From NCBI GenBank assembly GCA_964016885.1, contig OZ024740.1, positions 29,326,001 to 29,390,000 of the forward strand: 64,000 bases of DNA, read 5' to 3'. Source of the stretch: Eledone cirrhosa. Lineage: Eukaryota. Of the stretch, positions 13,474 to 24,774 are shown in pieces (positions within the stretch are counted from its first letter, which is position 1; each line of letters begins with the position of its first letter). The notes beneath the pieces were generated by a model, which had not been told where the DNA came from, did not search any database, and saw nothing but the letters and a program-made list of their open reading frames with translations. The position numbers and the translations under genes were made by a program.

Positions 13474-13554
<81 letters not shown>

Positions 13555-13744
13555 TAAAAATGAGGTTGGAGACAGATGATCACTAAGTAAACAACGAATA
13601 GGTTACATGACATGCTTAAAATAAATAGTACGGAGGTAGATACAAAGGGCAGAGAAAGTGGTTCTATATGAGGAGCTTCTTCTTCTTCTTCTTCTTCTTC
13701 TTCTTCTTCTTCTTCTTCTTCTTCTTCTTCTTCTTCTTCCTGAG

Positions 13745-14030
13745 AGGTTGTTAGGGGTCTTGTCAGAAGCAACCGTCTCCAACTCATCCGGCTGGGTGTC
13801 CAAGCTTGACTAGCCAAGCTCATGGAAGTTATCCAACCATCATCATTCGGATCTTCTCCTGGGTCTCTTACCGATTTTTCCCGTAAAATCTCACTAGCGT
13901 TTTTTACCTGAAACATTCTAACTACTTGCCCATAGTATCGGAACTGTGATCTCTCAATTCGGAGAAATAGCAGCTCTACCTGGAGTGACTCTCTGATCTC
14001 CGAGCTATGCACTTTATCGAATAAAGTTAC
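13745..14030 (-). mobile_element. RTE-clade LINE 3' relic ending in an (AAG)n tail
   Basis: SSEIRESLQVE..LRIERSQ.RYYG.VVRM is an RTE C-terminal signature; homologous to 49560-49900. Confidence 0.7.
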
Positions 14031-14221
14031 TCCAAATAAGATTATTAAACAGTCGGATGAACTGGCTTACAGCATCTGTTCCAGCTCTTTGCGTTTTGAA
14101 TTCAAGTTTCGCTAAAAGAAATTCCACCGAAGACCAAACAAATGGATCCTTAACTAATATGAAAGCGAAAATAGGTGAAAGATGTTTTCGGTCGTTTACT
14201 GAAGTAATCCAACGATGATAA

Positions 14222-14269
<48 letters not shown>

Positions 14270-14457
14270 TGTGTGTGTTGTGTGTGTTGTGTGTGTGTGT
14301 GTGTGTGTGCATGTATATATATATATATGGAAAGTTATATTTAAATTGTTGGGTTACAACTAGTAAATATTTATAACTGATATAAAAGCACTCAACAAGT
14401 ATTTGGAGTATATTTACGATATTAAATAAATGGAAACTATATTTATAAAACCATATT

Positions 14458-14523
14458 TATTTCATTATATATATTTCGGGGATATCATATTAACAATATG
14501 TTATGCCTTCTTCAGACAAAATA
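14458..14523 (-). ncRNA. Hammerhead ribozyme (family D, minus arm)
   Basis: Mirror of 19402-19467. Confidence 0.75.
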
Positions 14524-15855
14524 CAATATAGACAGTTTTATAGATAAATAGATTTGACATACCGTTCAACATCGACTTGTATTTGAAAAAGTTGATTTGG
14601 CAGTGAAAAATTGTAAACAGAAAGAAAGAAAGAAAGAAAGAAGGAAAGAAAGAAAACGAAGAAAGAGAAGAAAAAGAAGAAATGCATGCAACAAAATAGA
14701 GAGATGGAAAGATAGATAAAGAGAAGAACTTCATGTAAAGAAACAGAGAGAGATATATAGAGAGAGGAAATAGATAGAGATAGATATATATAGAGAAAAG
14801 TAGGTAGTTGAACGACGTATCAATGATACATTTATTTATTTATTTATTTATTTATTTAGCTCTAGTATTAATGTAAGGGAGATATATGTGGTTAGGAAAG
14901 AAACCAGCCGTTATATAGAGAGAAAAAAATGAAAAGTAACCAGACATAGGCGAGGCAGAATTTAAAAACCCTATGTTTTAATGTAGAAATATTAGTTCGT
15001 ATAAAAACCAGGCACTATAATGTAAATATCAGTATTCCTGAATGATACACGTATCTATAATGTGTGAAAAGTAATGATCTTATGTCTAGTTTTAAAAATT
15101 CATATGTTTATATGATAACTACAAACATCGATGTGAATTTACGTGATCAACTCTGCAAACGCCTATTTCACACGGAGAACATTCTCATTGCGCTATAAAA
15201 ATTTAAGTATACATATATGTGTATATATACACACATATATATAGAGTCTATATTAATTTTAACAATACTATTCTTGTCTTTACTCTACATGATTATCTAT
15301 CAAGCAGAAATAGAGAACAGATTTCAATATATTAATAAAAATATCAGAAACAAAAACAAAAAATAATAATAATAATAATAATAAATAATAAACAAATAAA
15401 TAAAATAGAAAACTAAAAAATATTACATATTAAAAATGAAAATATTAAAAATATTAAAAAATATTAAAATAATAAAAATAAAAACATAATATGCCACGCA
15501 AATCGACCACAAAGATCAACCCTTCAAAATTAATTGACAATATATTGCCAAGTTCATTATAAGCATCAGAGTCGAAAACAGATAAAGCTAAATATTATTT
15601 ACCAAATCGCGTCTAGCAGAAATCATTTCAAAAGTTTAGGATGCCCATTTGGTCTACATATGTTCTTATATTTAATATAGAAGTTTATCTAGTGTAACGT
15701 TTATTCGATATATTTGGAGCATCAACTTTTAGGGTAGTTTAATTTTTCATGAAGAATGTTTAAAATAAAAATTAAAATAAAAAGAAGAATAAAAAGAAGA
15801 AATCGAAAGATTTATCGGCTAGTTTCCCAAATAATTACAAATCAAACTAAATATA

Positions 15856-17127
15856 CTACATTTTAAATTTAAATTTATATTTAAAAGTTGAGTTCAATCT
15901 ATGTTTGCAGCAACTGAATAAATTTGTCCGTAGATTAAGGGAATTTTTAGATTTTAGTATAAAGAATATCTCCTCCGCGCAGAGGTCACATGTCTCAGAG
16001 GATGAATTAAAAGGAATCCCTTTTGAGACTATATTCCAAGCCGTCGAATATCTAACGTTATCTTGCCTAAGTTGCCAGAGTACGCCTGATAGTGCTGTTG
16101 AAGATTTTTTGCTTGGATCTGTGAAAGAATTCTTGTGGTTATTATAGCGAAGTTTAAATTCCGTCGATGTGGAACCGACGTAGTTAAAAGAATTAGAGTC
16201 CGTTTTAACATTACAGTTGTATATTATATTTTTAACTAAGCAGTTGTTATTTAACGGACATTTAGATCTATCTCTACAGTTACATTTGTTAACTTGTATA
16301 TTATTTATGCTATTATCGCTAGGTTTTAAGTTCCTATTATTTATTCTATTAATATTTTGTGCTAAATTTTTGGTGGATGAGTAGGTTAATTTTATAGTAT
16401 GTCTATTGAAAATTGAGTGATACCTATGTGTTCTAGGGAAGCGATTATCAAGAGCTTTAAAAAATAGTTTAGCGATGTGGGTTTTAATGTTTAGTGAGAA
16501 AGGGGGGGCAAACCATATTATGTTCCTAGTTCTATTTCTTTTTTGGCTTTTGGAATTATTGTAATGCTTTCTATTATAGTTGTTAAGGTTGTGGCCGTAA
16601 TTAAAATAGTTGTTATTTTGTTTAGTTTGTCTATCATTATCTATGTACATAATCTTATCACTATATCCTGCTCTAGCTAACGCTTCATTGTAGTACTGGG
16701 CTTTTTCGTCGAAAATCTTTCTATTAGACGAGATTCTAGAGATACGTTTTTGAACAGAGTTTACTATAGTGTTTTTGACAGATCTGGGGTGGTTAGAGGT
16801 AAAGCTGACATAGTTTAAGTTTTCATTCAACTTGTGAAATGGATAGTGAAGACATGTGTTGAGATTTAATGTTATATCTAGGAAATTGACTATTCTATGG
16901 TTGTTCTCAATTTCTATTTTTAGATTAAAGTAATTAAAAAATTGTGTAATTTGTTTTCTTTTTCTATTTAGTTCAGAGTTATTATTATCAATAAGTAAAA
17001 GCATGTCATCTCTATATAAACCTCCGGTAGTACCAGGTATTTTCCTATGTAGCGAATTGATTAAAAATAAGCCCACAAGGTCAGTTACCTGAGCTGAGTC
17101 GGATGATCCCATAGTAATGTCAAAATT
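15856..17127 (-). CDS. Uninterrupted C-terminal half of PLE RT/thumb/GIY-YIG ORF (5'-truncated)
   Basis: 418-aa stop-free frame: FDITMGSSD, GLYRDD, NFLDITL, SNHP, WFAPPF, CNCR..CPL...C, IIY...YVGST, CDLC.EE, C.KH. Confidence 0.85.
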   Translation of the reverse strand, partial: NFDITMGSSDSAQVTDLVGLFLINSLHRKIPGTTGGLYRDDMLLLIDNNNSELNRKRKQITQFFNYFNLKIEIENNHRIVNFLDITLNLNTCLHYPFHKLNENLNYVSFTSNHPRSVKNTIVNSVQKRISRISSNRKIFDEKAQYYNEALARAGYSDKIMYIDNDRQTKQNNNYFNYGHNLNNYNRKHYNNSKSQKRNRTRNIIWFAPPFSLNIKTHIAKLFFKALDNRFPRTHRYHSIFNRHTIKLTYSSTKNLAQNINRINNRNLKPSDNSINNIQVNKCNCRDRSKCPLNNNCLVKNIIYNCNVKTDSNSFNYVGSTSTEFKLRYNNHKNSFTDPSKKSSTALSGVLWQLRQDNVRYSTAWNIVSKGIPFNSSSETCDLCAEEIFFILKSKNSLNLRTNLFSCCKHRLNSTFKYKFKFKM

Positions 17128-18089
17128 AAACTATGTCAGCTTTAACTCTAACCACCCCAGATCTGTCAAAAACACTATAGTAAACTCTGTTCAAAAACGT
17201 ATCTCTAGAATCTCGTCTAATAGAAAGATTTTCGACGAAAAAGCCCAGTACTACAATGAAGCGTTAGCTAGAGCAGGATATAGTGATAAGATTATGTACA
17301 TAGATAATGATAGACAAACTAAACAAAATAACAACTATTTTAATTACGGCCACAACCTTAACAACTATAATAGAAAGCATTACAATAATTCCAAAAGCCA
17401 AAAAAGAAATAGAACTAGGAACATAATATGGTTTGCACCCCCCTTTCTCACTAAACATTAAAACCCACATCGCTAAACTATTTTTTAAAGCTCTTGATAA
17501 TCGCTTCCCTAGAACACATAGGTATCACTCAATTTTCAATAGACATACTATAAAATTAACCTACTCATCCACCAAAAATTTAGCACAAAATATTAATAGA
17601 ATAAATAATAGGAACTTAAAACCTAGCGATAATAGCATAAATAATATACAAGTTAACAAATGTAACTGTAGAGATAGATCTAAATGTCCGTTAAATAACA
17701 ACTGCTTAGTTAAAAATATAATATACAACTGTAATGTTAAAACGGACTCTAATTCTTTTAACTACGTCGGTTCCACATCGACGGAATTTAAACTTCGCTA
17801 TAATAACCACAAGAATTCTTTCACAGATCCAAGCAAAAAATCTTCAACAGCACTATCAGGCGTACTCTGGCAACTTAGGCAAGATAACGTTAGATATTCG
17901 ACGGCTTGGAATATAGTCTCAAAAGGGATTCCTTTTAATTCATCCTCTGAGACATGTGACCTCTGCGCGGAGGAGATATTCTTTATACTAAAATCTAAAA
18001 ATTCCCTTAATCTACGGACAAATTTATTCAGTTGCTGCAAACATAGATTGAACTCAACTTTTAAATATAAATTTAAATTTAAAATGTAG
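17125..18089 (+). pseudogene. Second, shorter copy of the family D ORF with a 1-nt frameshift in a C run at ~17440
   Basis: ORFs 17117-17461 and 17433-18089 are near-identical to the minus-strand ORF. Confidence 0.85.
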
Positions 18090-19401
18090 TATATTTAGTT
18101 TGATTTGTAATTATTTGGGAAACTAGCCGATAAATCTTTCGATTTCTTCTTTTTATTTTAATTTTTATTTTAAACATTCTTCATGAAAAATTAAACTACC
18201 CTAAAAGTTGATGCTCCAAATATATCGAATAAACGTTACACTAGATAAACTTCTATATTAAATATAAGAACATATGTAGACCAAATGGGCATCCTAAACT
18301 TTTGAAATGATTTCTGCTAGACGCGATTTGGTAAATAATATTTAGCTTTATCTGTTTTCGACTCTGATGCTTATAATGAACTTGGCAATATATTGTCAAT
18401 TAATTTTGAAGGGTTGATCTTTGTGGTCGATTTGCGTGGCATATTATGTTTTTATTTTTATTATTTTAATATTTTTTAATATTTTTAATATTTTCATTTT
18501 TAATATGTAATATTTTTTAGTTTTCTATTTTATTTATTTGTTTATTATTTATTATTATTATTATTATTATTTTTTGTTTTTGTTTCTGATATTTTTATTA
18601 ATATATTGAAATCTGTTCTCTATTTCTGCTTGATAGATAATCATGTAGAGTAAAGACAAGAATAGTATTGTTAAAATTAATATAGACTCTATATATATGT
18701 GTGTATATATACACATATATGTATACTTAAATTTTTATAGCGCAATGAGAATGTTCTCCGTGTGAAATAGGGGTTTGCAGAGTTGATCACGTAAATTCAC
18801 ATCGATGTTTGTAGTTATCATATAAACATATGAATTTTTAAAACTAGACATAAGATCATTACTTTTCACACATTATAGATACGTGTATCATTCAGGAATA
18901 CTGATATCTACATTATAGTGCCTGGTTTTTATACGAACTAATATTTCTACATTAAAACATAGGGTTTTTAAATTCTGCCTCGCCTATGTCTGGTTACTTT
19001 TCATTTTTTTCTCTCTATATAACGGCTGGTTTCTTTCCTAACCACATATATCTCCCTTACATTAATACTAGAGCTAAATAAATAAATAAATAAATAAATG
19101 TATCATTGATACGTCGTTCAACTACCTACTTTTCTCTATATATATCTATCTCTATCTATTTCCTCTCTCTATATATCTCTCTCTGTTTCTTTACATGAAA
19201 TTCTTCTCTTTATCTATCTTTCCATCTCTCTATTTTGTTGCATGCATTTCTTCTTTTTCTTCTTTTTCTTCGTTTTCTTTCTTTCCTTCTTTCTTTCTTT
19301 CTTTCTGTTTACAATTTTTCACTGCCAAATCAACTTTTTCAAATACAAGTCGATGTTGAACGGTATGTCAAATCTATTTATCTATAAAACTGTCTATATT
19401 G

Positions 19402-19467
19402 TATTTTGTCTGAAGAAGGCATAACATATTGTTAATATGATATCCCTGAAATATATATAATGAAATA
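19402..19467 (+). ncRNA. Type I hammerhead ribozyme (family D)
   Basis: tattttgt CTGAAGA agg..catatt gtt aatatg..cct GAAA T ATAT A TA^ atgaaata; palindromic stem III. Confidence 0.8.
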
Positions 19468-19507
19468 AATATGGTTTTATAAATATAGTTTCCATTTATT
19501 TAATATC

Positions 19508-19545
<38 letters not shown>

Positions 19546-19781
19546 GTTTTAATTTGTAAAGCCAAACAATGCAGGTATGGGCATAGAATAAAAAATGCGA
19601 AAAGATATTGTTGACAATTAGTCTTTTACCTTATATTTATTTAAATCTCCTTAATCTTCGAGATAATATCTCTTCTTCGGAGGAAAGTAAAGCGGTTAAA
19701 CCAGTGTTCTAGATAGCTTGCCAAGTCATGCTGACAGGAAAAATAAAGAATATATTTATATATATAAATATATGCATATAT

Positions 19782-19827
<46 letters not shown>

Positions 19828-19960
19828 TATATATATATATGTGTTGTGTGTGTGTGTGCATGTATATATATATGCATATACATATATGTGTGTGGTGTGT
19901 GTGCGTTCGCGCGCGCGCGTGTCGTCTGTGTATGTATTATGTATATATACATGTATATAT

Positions 19961-20054
<94 letters not shown>

Positions 20055-20069
20055 ATATATATATATGTA

Positions 20070-20108
<39 letters not shown>

Positions 20109-20309
20109 TTAAGGATACTATTTATGTTTATGTATGTACTAAAAATTTTTATAGTTATATATATTATAAACCCTAAACAGTGAAAGACAGTAATTTATTA
20201 CTACCTTATTACCAGTAAGATAAATAGCTCAATGTAATAACATCAGTTGTTCTACGGAGCAGTTATATAGGATTCAAAGGAATCAAAGCTATGTTCAAAG
20301 CATTTATTA

Positions 20310-20354
20310 GCTTACAATTGTTTCATCCAAACCGAGGATCGATGTCTTCGGAGC
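20310..20354 (-). ncRNA. Hammerhead ribozyme motif (family E, minus arm)
   Basis: Mirror of 22937-22981. Confidence 0.65.
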
Positions 20355-22936
20355 GTTTTTCAATGTTTGTATACATACATGACCTCCTTTCCAACGCAAG
20401 AGACATACAGATACATATGTATATATTGATGTACAGTGGGGTGACATATATTATATTATTTCTGAATGGCAATTTAAATTCAAAAATTAAAATCACATTA
20501 AAACAGAATCAAAGCAAAATTAAAATTAAAATAAAATAAAAATACAACATCAATGCAAATTTAAAATATAATCGGCAGTTAACGTAGATGATGTAAGAGG
20601 ATAGTTTGTTAGTCAGTTGTAGTAGTTATTCTATGCATTAGTTATACGTGGGGCATGCACGTGTGTCTTATTTATATATGATTATTGTGCAGCAGGGTGT
20701 TATATGTAATACAAGCACTTTAAGCGGGTAATCAAGAGTATTATGGAGGTTGTAGTGGTAAGGTATTTGTTGTATATGATAAAGAAGCTTGTGTGCAGAA
20801 AAATAGTATAAATGAGAAGCAAAAAAATGTTATGGTTTTTGTATACACCACCATTTTCACATTCAGGAAACGTTATAGTTTATATGTCCTTCACATAATT
20901 AACGATGATTCCGTATTGGATGTTTGATGTATTAAGTTAAATTATTATAGCTTGTTGCGGCCCACTGTTCTTTAATCCAATTTTATAGAGCAGGTTGTTT
21001 CTGTTGCGAGAATTTACATCGTTTTATTATCCGGAAGTATGTGTGCGATTAAAGGAGTTAATGTGTTAGGGGAGGTAACTAGCTGATTTCTATAACTAAA
21101 TTTATTATTCCAACATACATTAAAAGGTGTCTCAATTGAGTGCCTTATATATACGGTTATATACAGTTTCCAAATTTAAGTATCCTATCTTTAATCACAG
21201 TCTACTCTATCATGAAGTACTAAAGGTATCTATATTAGGATGATTACTCCCTATCATAGAGTGCTACAACTGAATATTCCACACGAAGAGTCAGATTAGA
21301 GACCCATACTATTATCTTCTCAAACCATAACCTCCTTAATAAAAAATCGGAAGTGTTCGCGTCATGCCAGCACCGCTTCCGACACTCCTTCCAAAACTTT
21401 AAACCTAATATATAGCAATGTCAGGCTTGAACCCATCACCACTTCTAGCAATACACCTCAAGAGCACACCTTACACCCTAACTCCACACTCAATGATCCA
21501 CCCTATCTTAACACAATTCGTTCAATCTATCGAAAACCTTTTACCCTAGAAATATCCCCATCTACACCTACTTTTAGTATAATTACTTTCAATTACTTAG
21601 ACTGTATTATATCACTATATAATTATATGTGAACTTTAAACACCGAATTCAGCAATGAATTATTTGTGCAAATGTTGTATGTATGGAGTACTATCATTAG
21701 ATAAATAGAGGATTAATTTATTAACATAAGAGAACTGTATAACCTATATGTTGAGTACAATGAGTTATGTACAAGTGGTATGTGAGTTATATATGCATAT
21801 ATAACTTGATAGATAGATTAACGACATTGTAAGTGAGAAATGTTTTTGTTGGTCTACCCTAGAGATATTTAAATTTGCCATGCAATCAGCCATACGCTGA
21901 CCCAGAGCTTACCAGGGGTTATATAGACGTGGTTCTAATAGGGCCCCTGACAGGTTCTGTGAGTAGACTACATTTACAAAGAACTTTGATATGTAGATCT
22001 GACATTTCGTGTGGAATATTCAGTTGTAGCACTCTATGATAGGGAGTAATCATCCTAATATAGATACCTTTAGTACTTCATGATAGAGTAGACTGTGATT
22101 AAAGATAGGATACTTAAATTTGGAAACTGTATATAACCGTATATATAAGGCACTCAATTGAGACACCTTTTAATGTATGTTGGAATAATAAATTTAGTTA
22201 TAGAAATCAGCTAGTTACCTCCCCTAACACTCCTTTAATCGCACACATACTTCCGGATAATAAAACGATGTAAATTCTCGCAACAGAAACAACCTGCTCT
22301 ATAAAATTGGATTAAAGAACAGTGGGCCGCAACAAGCTATAATAATTTAACTTAATACATCAAACATCCAATACGGAATCATCGTTAATTATGTGAAGGA
22401 CATATAAACTATATATTACGTTTCCTGAATGTGAAAATGGTGGTGTATACAAAAACCATAACATTTTTTTGCTTCTCATTTATACTATTTTTCTGCACAC
22501 AAGCTTCTTTATCATATACAACAAATACCTTACCACTACAACCTCCATAATACTCTTGATTACCCGCTTAAAGTGCTTGTATTACATATAACACCCTGCT
22601 GCACAATAATCATATATAAATAAGACACACGTGCATGCCCCACGTATAACTAATGCATAGAATAACTACTACAACTGACTAACAAACTATCTTCTTACAT
22701 CATCTACGTTAACTGCCGATTATATTTTAAATTTGCATTGATGTTGTATTTTTATTTTATTTTTATTTTAATTTTGCTTTGATTCTGTTTTAATGTGATT
22801 TTAATTTTTGAATTTAAATTGCCATTCAGAAATAATATAATATATGTCACCCCACTGTACATCAATATATACATATGTATCTGTATGTCTCTTGCGTTGG
22901 AAAGGAGGTCATGTATGTATACAAATATTGAAAAAC

Positions 22937-22981
22937 GCTCCGAAGACATCGATCCTCGGTTTGGATGAAACAATTGTAAGC
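22937..22981 (+). ncRNA. Type I hammerhead ribozyme, CCGAAGA core variant
   Basis: gct CCGAAGA catc..gat GAAAC AATT GTA^ agc. Confidence 0.7.
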
Positions 22982-23018
22982 TAATAAATGCTTTGAACAT
23001 AGCTTTGTTCCTGTGAAT

Positions 23019-23060
<42 letters not shown>

Positions 23061-23191
23061 GATAAATCTACCAAGAGTTTACGGTAGTGTCCAATCCGTA
23101 TGAAGAACTCAATGTAATCCGGATATCATGGAAAGAAGAGATGCAATGAAAAATCACTTTCGGTGAAAGATAAACGGAATACAGAGTCAAG

Positions 23192-23609
23192 ATAAAATAT
23201 TTAAAAAATAATGAATAAAACAATGAAACAGTTCCTTATATTAAACAAAAAAAGTTCATTATTTAACGATCGTTTCTAGGATATATATGTGTTAGAATTG
23301 GCATGCATATTCAACAGATCTATGTACAAAATTATACAAAATTATACAAACTATCAAAATTAAATATACATACCAACACATATATATGCCGTCTTCAGAA
23401 ATAAATTATTTCTGAAGACGGCATATATATGTGTTGGTATGTATATTTAATTTTGATAGTTTGTATAATTTTGTATAATTTTGTACATAGATCTGTTGAA
23501 TATGCATGCCAATTCTAACACATATATATCCTAGAAACGATCGTTAAATAATGAACTTTTTTTGTTTAATATAAGGAACTGTTTCATTGTTTTATTCATT
23601 ATTTTTTTA

Positions 23610-23618
<9 letters not shown>
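23192..23618. repeat. ~213-bp-arm near-perfect palindrome with 1-nt spacer (23405), carrying two HHR motifs
   Basis: cagaaataa-a-ttatttctg at the centre; arms are reverse complements; right end runs into (TA)n. Confidence 0.9.
23405..23552 (+). ncRNA. Hammerhead ribozyme with ~115-nt stem II (mirror copy at 23258-23405 minus)
   Basis: attattt CTGAAGA cgg catatatatgtgttgg...ctaacacatatatatcc ta GAAAC GATC GTT^ aaataat. Confidence 0.7.
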
Positions 23619-23698
<80 letters not shown>

Positions 23699-23972
23699 TG
23701 TATCAATGTATACGGGGATGTTTATTCACATACATAACCGAGACAAAACAGTCGTATGAACGATTAAGAACGAGGATGTCTGCTAGGAATTCTAACTCAC
23801 ATCATACATAAGTTTTAATAGGATAAAATCAATGATCATAAAATAACAATTAATTTTCCATCATCAAATATATTCCAGCGATGTGTTTGCTTTATGAGCT
23901 TGCTATTGTCTATTTAATTATTGCTACTTCGGGAGATATCCGGAACGTTACAATATTGCTGGACACCATCTG

Positions 23973-24091
<119 letters not shown>

Positions 24092-24774
24092 AGAATATAT
24101 TATAATATACAATGATATAAAGTATAAGTATATATATATATATATATATTAGGATTTTACTGTTAAATATATTGGTCGATCACAAATTACCTATTGATCG
24201 AACATATCGTATCGGTCAATACCGATTATCGGCCGCCGATATCTAAAATATAACTGTGTATTGCGATATTAAAATGCGTAATATAATTAATTACAAGTAA
24301 TACATTATAATATTTCATGATTAGTTACTAATATAAATCTACTATTTGTGAGTACATGATGACAAAATTATGTTGATTTTACTGTAGGAAGTAACATTTA
24401 CGAGCCAACAAGAAATCGGTTCTCCTCTGAAATTATAGTAGGTTTTAAATTTGAAGTTTCTATCTTATATTTTTTGAGTTCTTAAATTTGAAAATTATTA
24501 TTATTTTTTTTTTTTTTCGTGAGTTAAGATAAGAGCAATCATTATTACTGGAAAATGTTTGAATAAATTCAAATAAATATGACATTGGAAAATTAATTTT
24601 TTATTAAATTAATACCTTTTAAAAGATTAACCAATCATTTATGCTCATGGGTCTTTCTTCTCTATTGTCAACTTTAACCTACAAGAAGTAACGTGACCTT
24701 TTCTAATATACACACGCTGCATTTTAAATTGTGGTCTAACTGATCCCAGAACCACAGACTATTAATATCTATCT

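Larger units (their letters stand above)
10553..13478. mobile_element. PLE family B head-to-head pair (minus arm 10553-~12280, plus arm ~12279-13478)
   Basis: RT motifs (QEEGAAIG, YSRYVDD, LPVLD) on minus; thumb and GIY-YIG (YIGETARS...EAINI...PKLN) on both strands; ~1.2 kb inverted repeat; both ends in (TA)n. Confidence 0.92.
14328..19510. mobile_element. PLE family D (Naiad-like) head-to-head pair with ~2.4-kb near-perfect inverted repeat
   Basis: Minus arm 14328-~17127 and plus arm ~17122-19510; 14415-16820 mirrors 17125-19510; both ends at TA runs. Confidence 0.95.
20105..23021. mobile_element. PLE family E head-to-head pair (minus arm to ~21287, plus arm ~21290-23021)
   Basis: 20266-21287 mirrors 22006-23021. 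The plus arm opens with the GIY-YIG C-terminus (LETHTIIFS..NLLNKKSEVF.SCQH.FRH), homologous to 29310-29427. Confidence 0.9.

Noticed and set aside
15856-18089. Selenocysteine recoding as reported for some Naiad PLEs
   Set aside because: Conserved Cys positions visible in families A, D and E are not TGA codons. No in-frame UGA at those sites and no SECIS recognised by eye; the N-terminal parts are missing.
10553-23021. Interpreting the long inverted repeats as DNA-transposon TIRs or pure assembly artefacts
   Set aside because: The arms contain retroelement ORF and pLTR sequence, are unequal in length and differ by substitutions and indels. An artefact is unlikely but needs read-level confirmation.
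24160-24260. hAT/MITE-like subterminal ATCGG repeats (similar weak fragments at 2280-2390 and 61130-61220)
   Set aside because: No paired TIRs or target-site duplication could be delimited.
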